Shown here piece after piece: positions 38,532-44,134 of a stretch of DNA of 44,134 nucleotides; position 1 is the stretch's first letter; each line of letters opens with the position of its first letter. A program made the position numbers and the translations under genes. Source of the DNA: an uncultured Megasphaera sp. (GTDB lineage: Bacteria; Bacillota; Negativicutes; Veillonellales; Megasphaeraceae); assembly GCA_900548635.1 (NCBI GenBank), contig URLP01000001.1, positions 1-44,134 of the forward strand, given 5' to 3'. The notes below the pieces were generated by a model. That model ran no database searches. It had not been told where the DNA came from and saw nothing but the letters and a program-made list of their open reading frames with translations.

Positions 38532-39557
38532 ATGGTAAAAGTTGGTATTAACGGATTCGGGCGCATCGGCAGAAGCTTCTTCAAGATTGCCCAGCGCTAT
38601 AAAGATGAAATTGAAATCGTCGGCATCAACGATGTGGGCTCGCCGAAACAGATGGCGCATCTGCTGAAATATGACAGTATTTACGGGCCCATGAAGAAGA
38701 AGGTCACCTATGATGCCAGCAACATCATCGTCGATGGCAAGGCTTATCCCCTGTTCCAGCAGCAGGACGTGAAGAACGTCGACTGGAATGCCTTGGGCGC
38801 CCAGATTATCATCGAATCGTCGGGGAAATACGCCGGCCGCCGCACACCGAGCTCCCAAGACCGACTGCCTCTGGGCGGCAGCGTCAAGAAAGTCATCATT
38901 ACGGCACCGTCGACCATCGACGATATCACCATCGTCCTCGGCGTCAATGAAGATAAATATAATCCGAAGAAGCACCGCGTTATTTCCTGCGCGTCCATGA
39001 CGACCTGCGGCCTGGCAGCCATCCTCAAGCTGATGGACGATACGTACGGCGTCAAGCGCGGCATGACGACGGCCATCCATTCGTACACGACGGACCAGAA
39101 GATCCTCGACGTCTCGCATAAGGATTTCCGCCGCGCCCGTGCGGCCGGCGCGTCCATCATCCCGACGACGACAGGCGCTGCCGAAGCGATTACGAAAGTA
39201 CTGCCCCAGTTCAAAGGGAAATTGAGCTGCCGCGCCGTCCGCGTGCCGACGCCGGACGTCTCCATCGTCGACATCGTCCTGGAACTAGATGATAAGAACG
39301 TAACCCTGGAAGACCTGAACAGCACGCTGAAGAAAGCCGCTGCCTGGAAATACAGAGGCATCATCGACACCAATGAAGACGAACTCGTCTCCGTCGACTA
39401 CCGCGGCAACGAATATACGACGACCGTCGATATCCCCCTGAACATGGTCATGGAAGGCGGCATGGTCAAGATCTTCGCCTGGTACGACAACGAATGGGGC
39501 TACGCCCGCCGTGTCGTAGAAATGGTTAAGTATTTGACCTCGCAGGGACTGGAGTAA
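38532..39557 (+). CDS. GAPDH-family protein with substituted active site (SCASMTTCG)
   Basis: [40 protein letters not shown] retained; catalytic Cys position is Met. Confidence 0.9.
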   Translation: MVKVGINGFGRIGRSFFKIAQRYKDEIEIVGINDVGSPKQMAHLLKYDSIYGPMKKKVTYDASNIIVDGKAYPLFQQQDVKNVDWNALGAQIIIESSGKYAGRRTPSSQDRLPLGGSVKKVIITAPSTIDDITIVLGVNEDKYNPKKHRVISCASMTTCGLAAILKLMDDTYGVKRGMTTAIHSYTTDQKILDVSHKDFRRARAAGASIIPTTTGAAEAITKVLPQFKGKLSCRAVRVPTPDVSIVDIVLELDDKNVTLEDLNSTLKKAAAWKYRGIIDTNEDELVSVDYRGNEYTTTVDIPLNMVMEGGMVKIFAWYDNEWGYARRVVEMVKYLTSQGLE

Positions 39558-39651
39558 TTAAAATTTGCAGTTTGTAGTTTGCAGTTTGTAGCAGTTTGAT
39601 GTTTGCAGCTGTGGGTGTTTTCGGCAAACGAACCACGCCAAACGAACCACG

Positions 39652-39688
39652 AAAGGGGCTCGTCGCTTCGCGACAGCCCCTTTTTTTG
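39652..39688 (+). terminator. Terminator after the gap paralog pair
   Basis: AAAGGGGCTCGTCGC-TTC-GCGACAGCCCC-T8. Confidence 0.8.
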
Positions 39689-39781
39689 ATGCATTTTATT
39701 CCCATCTTTTACACGCTCTTTATGGTGCTTATGATATAATAAAATGTAGAATCACTATCCTAGGAAAGAAGGTTTTTTGTT

Positions 39782-40546
39782 TTGCTCTTATATATCATTA
39801 AATGGCTTTATGCCTGGATCCTGCCGATGGGCGGCATTGTCCTGGCACTGCTCATCCTGATCTTTTACATGTTCCGCAGGAAGAGTCAGGGCCGCTGGGT
39901 GCTGGCTGTGATTACGGCTGTCTTTTATCTCCTCTCTATCGAACCTGTGTCGAATGCCCTTATCCATCCCCTGGAAACGGCTTATGACCAGCCCCGGGGC
40001 GCGGATGCCCAGGGCGATGTCATCGTCCTCCTCGGCGGCGGCTCCCGGGCCGGCGTGCCCGATTTCGACGGCACCGGCCAGGTCGGCAGTGCCGCGGCGA
40101 ACCGCTTCCTCATGGCCCTGCGCCTGCAGAAGGCCAAGGATTTGCCCATTCTCCTTTCGGGCGGTACGATCCTTAAAGGCGATGCCAACGAATCGGCTAT
40201 CGAAAAGCGCATGCTCCTTTCCTTAGGCGTGCCGGAAGACAAAATCTTCATGGACGACAAGAGCCGCAATACGGCGGAAAATGCCGCTTTTTCCAAGAAC
40301 ATCTGCGCCGAACAAGGCTGGAGCCATCCCATTTTGGTGACCAGCGCCTTCCACATGCCGCGCTCGGTCCGCTTCTTCCAGCGCGAAGGCCTGGATGTGA
40401 CGCCGTATCCCTGTGATTACCACACGAGCGCCGTCACCAACTGGTCCGGTTATTCCGTCGTGCCCCAGTCGTTTTACCTCTTCAACTCCTGTTTAGCCAT
40501 CAAGGAATATGTCGGCATCGCCGCTGCTTCCTTGCGAATGCAATAA
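39782..40546 (+). CDS. YdcF/ElyC family (DUF218) membrane protein
   Basis: IVLLGGG, LSGG, SRNTAENA, LVTSAFHMPRS, KEYVG; TTG start. Confidence 0.9.
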   Translation: MLLYIIKWLYAWILPMGGIVLALLILIFYMFRRKSQGRWVLAVITAVFYLLSIEPVSNALIHPLETAYDQPRGADAQGDVIVLLGGGSRAGVPDFDGTGQVGSAAANRFLMALRLQKAKDLPILLSGGTILKGDANESAIEKRMLLSLGVPEDKIFMDDKSRNTAENAAFSKNICAEQGWSHPILVTSAFHMPRSVRFFQREGLDVTPYPCDYHTSAVTNWSGYSVVPQSFYLFNSCLAIKEYVGIAAASLRMQ

Positions 40547-40548
40547 AT

Positions 40549-40600
40549 CGGGACATAAAACGTCCATGGTATTGCAAAAACGTACCCGATGTGGCATACT
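40549..40600 (+). promoter_or_regulatory. Putative CggR operator half-site and promoter of the glycolytic gap
   Basis: CGGGAC-N6-CGTC (40549-40564) next to TTGCAA-17 nt-CATACT with extended TG. Confidence 0.6.
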
Positions 40601-40664
40601 TACAGTGTAAGTAGTAAGGCCCTCAAGTTCTTAGAATAATATGAAAAATTTATTTCGTTTTTAA

Positions 40665-41708
<1,044 letters not shown>

Positions 41709-41770
41709 TTTGTAGCGACGCATTTCCCAACGGGTAAACAGCCTCCCGTTACAAATCAGAATTGAACCCT

Positions 41771-41808
41771 AAAGGGGCTGTCGCTCGCGCGGCAGTCCCT
41801 TTTATTTT
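41771..41808 (+). terminator. Terminator-like hairpin between gap and gpmI
   Basis: AAAGGGGCTGTCGC-TCGC-GCGGCAGTCCCTTTTATTTTTT. Confidence 0.65.
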
Positions 41809-41838
41809 TTCTCAAGTTAAAAGGAGTCAAAAACTGTA

Positions 41839-43362
41839 ATGACGAAAAAGAAACCTGTAATGCTGGTCATCATGGATGGTTTTGGCTGCAGCCCTATCGC
41901 CAAAGATAACGCCGTAGCCCAGGCAGATCTCAAGGTCCTGCCGAAACTTTGGAAAGAATATCCCCATTCCTATCTCGGCGCTTCCGGTGAAGATGTTGGT
42001 CTGCCGGACGGCCAGATCGGCAACTCGGAAGTAGGGCATCTCAATATCGGCGCAGGCCGCATTGTCTATCAGGCACTGACGAAGATCACGAAGGACATCA
42101 AAGATGGTGCTTTCTTCAAGAAACCGGTCCTCGTCGAAGCTATGGAAAACGCCAAGAAGAACGACTCGGCCCTCCATCTCTTAGGCCTCGTCTCGCCGGG
42201 CGGCGTCCACAGCAGTGAACAGCATCTTTACGGTCTTTTGGAAATGGCCAAGCGCTATGACTTGAAGAAAGTCTACATCCACGCCTTCCTCGACGGCCGC
42301 GACGTACTGCCCCGCAGTGCCGGCGAATACCTGAAGGAACTGGAAGACAAATGCGCAGCACTCGGCGTCGGCGAAATCGCTACGATCAGCGGCCGCTATT
42401 ATGCCATGGACCGCGACAAGCGCTGGGAACGCGTCGAAAAAGCCTACGATGCCGTCGCTCTCGGCGAAGGCCCGCAGGAAGCGGATGCCCAGACATGCCT
42501 GGAACATTCCTATGCCGCAGACATTTCCGACGAATTCGTCATTCCGACTGTCATCCATAAACACCCCGTTCAGGACGGCGACAGCATCGTCTTCTTCAAC
42601 TTCCGCCCGGACCGTGCCCGTCAGCTGACGACGGCTTTCGTCGTTCCCGATTTCGATGGCTTTAAACGGCCGAAGAAGCTCGATACGTACTTCGCCACCA
42701 TGACCCGCTATGAAGATGACCTGCCGGTCCACGTCGTCTACGATAAGGAACGCATCCCGGATACGCTCGGCGAAGTCCTGGCCAAGGCCGGCAAGACGCA
42801 GCTGCGCATCGCTGAAACGGAAAAATACGCGCACGTCACGTATTTCTTCAACGGCGGCGAAGAAGAACCGAACCCCGGCGAAGACCGCATCCTCGTACCG
42901 TCGCCGAAGGTCGCGACCTATGATCTGCAGCCGGAAATGAATGCGCCTATCGTCACGGAAAAAGTCATCGAACAGATCAAAGCCGACAAATACGACATGA
43001 TCATGCTCAACTTCGCCAACCCCGACATGGTCGGCCATACAGGCGTCCTTTCGGCAGCCATCAAGGCCGTCGAAACCGTCGATACCTGCGTCGGCAAGAT
43101 TATCGATGCCCTGCTGCCGATGAACGGCCAGCTCCTGATCATCGCCGACCACGGCAATGCCGAAAAGATGGCGGACCCCGAAACGGGATGCCCCTATACG
43201 GCACATACGACGAACCACGTACCGTGCATTTTGGTCAGTGAAGCCCACAAGGACGGCCATCTCCACGACGGTATCCTGGCCGACGTGGCACCGACCATGC
43301 TGACCCTGGCCGGTATGGATATCCCCGCTGAAATGACGGGCAAATGCCTGCTCGACCAGTGA
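41839..43362 (+). CDS. gpmI: 2,3-bisphosphoglycerate-independent phosphoglycerate mutase
   Basis: GNSEVGH, GRYYAMDRD, NFRPDRAR, AETEKYAHVT, NPDMVGH, ADHGNAE. Confidence 0.98.
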   Translation: MTKKKPVMLVIMDGFGCSPIAKDNAVAQADLKVLPKLWKEYPHSYLGASGEDVGLPDGQIGNSEVGHLNIGAGRIVYQALTKITKDIKDGAFFKKPVLVEAMENAKKNDSALHLLGLVSPGGVHSSEQHLYGLLEMAKRYDLKKVYIHAFLDGRDVLPRSAGEYLKELEDKCAALGVGEIATISGRYYAMDRDKRWERVEKAYDAVALGEGPQEADAQTCLEHSYAADISDEFVIPTVIHKHPVQDGDSIVFFNFRPDRARQLTTAFVVPDFDGFKRPKKLDTYFATMTRYEDDLPVHVVYDKERIPDTLGEVLAKAGKTQLRIAETEKYAHVTYFFNGGEEEPNPGEDRILVPSPKVATYDLQPEMNAPIVTEKVIEQIKADKYDMIMLNFANPDMVGHTGVLSAAIKAVETVDTCVGKIIDALLPMNGQLLIIADHGNAEKMADPETGCPYTAHTTNHVPCILVSEAHKDGHLHDGILADVAPTMLTLAGMDIPAEMTGKCLLDQ

Positions 43363-43402
43363 TTAAACATTGTTCTATCGCATCATGAAGGGAGAGAGTA
43401 AG

Positions 43403-44134
43403 ATGGAACAAGATACACTGAGTATCTTTCAAAAAATAGCTCCCGATGTCATGGGAACAATCAAAGAACGATATTTACTGCTGCGGCATATTGCCGACGC
43501 AGAGCCTGTCGGACGCCGTACACTGGCGGGCCTTTCGGGCCTTTCGGAACGCGTCGTCCGCTCCCATGTCGACGTCCTGCGGCGCAGCGGCATCGTGCGC
43601 TTCACGACCCTGGGCATCGCCATGGAGCCGGAAGGCAAGCGCCTCATGCCGGACCTTCTGGAATGTTTCCTGCGCCTCAACAACCTCGACGACATGCAGC
43701 GCCAGATCCGGCAGAAACTGGGCCTGAAGAATGTCTATATCGTTCCCGGTGACAGTGACAGCGATAAGACGGCAAAAGAAGAACTGGGACGCCGCGGCGC
43801 CCTGCTCCTGAATGACCTTTTCGGCAGCGTCGATACCGTCGCCATCAGCGGCGGCTCGACCATGGCCGAAGTGGCGCGCATGCTGCCGGAATGCCTGGCC
43901 AACGTCACCATCCTGCCGGCCCGCGGCAGCATGGGCAACCACGTCGAAGTCCAGGCCAACTACATTGCGGCCAACGTTGCCGCCAAGACCCACAGTTCGT
44001 ACCGCATGATCCACATCCCGGAAGGCCTGAGCGATTCAGCCCTGCAGATGATGCTCAAAGCCGACCGTCAGACCCAGGAAAACGTAGCCATGACGGCCCG
44101 GGCCCAGGTCGTTATCTTCGGCATCGGCCGGGCC
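43403..44134 (+). CDS. cggR: Central glycolytic genes regulator (SorC/DeoR family), 3' truncated; not in ORF track
   Basis: Hand translation MEQDTLSIFQKIAPD..ERYLLLRHI..EPVGRRTLA..LSERVVR..VPGDSD..AISGGSTM..PARG. Confidence 0.9.
   Translation, partial: MEQDTLSIFQKIAPDVMGTIKERYLLLRHIADAEPVGRRTLAGLSGLSERVVRSHVDVLRRSGIVRFTTLGIAMEPEGKRLMPDLLECFLRLNNLDDMQRQIRQKLGLKNVYIVPGDSDSDKTAKEELGRRGALLLNDLFGSVDTVAISGGSTMAEVARMLPECLANVTILPARGSMGNHVEVQANYIAANVAAKTHSSYRMIHIPEGLSDSALQMMLKADRQTQENVAMTARAQVVIFGIGRA

Noticed and set aside
38830..38875. Odd segment AGRRTPSSQDRLPL in gap paralog 2 as a compensated frameshift
   Set aside because: Neither alternative frame restores a canonical GAPDH sequence; treated as a short loop insertion

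Overview
Core chromosomal segment of a Firmicute, most likely a Negativicute resembling Megasphaera (inferred from gene content, T-box/S-box/PyrR regulation and codon style). In order, it holds the end of the spc/alpha ribosomal operon (rplO to rplQ, no rpsD), a few housekeeping enzymes, pyrFE, and PyrR-attenuated pyrB-pyrC-carAB. Next come a frameshifted secreted LD-carboxypeptidase, an ArgR-boxed argC-argJ-like-argB-argD operon, a REP-associated HUH tyrosine transposase (RAYT) among its repeats, and ornithine decarboxylase. After these are SAM-I-regulated metQ-metF, a deleted metQ relic, a Trp T-box ECF transporter, an Ile T-box MFS transporter, tmRNA, three GAPDH paralogs, gpmI and a partial cggR. 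Four signals stand out. (1) An intact GAPDH paralog has its catalytic Cys replaced (SCASMTTCG) and sits in tandem with a GAPDH carrying an NADP-type signature. (2) Symmetric 285-375 bp composite elements combine GTAG-REPs with a second, covarying 'CTCGGAYTCAGAT-hairpin' class around the RAYT. (3) An open but catalytically stripped ArgJ homolog lies inside the arg operon. (4) An Ile T-box controls an organic-anion-type MFS carrier. All calls are by eye; no searches were run.
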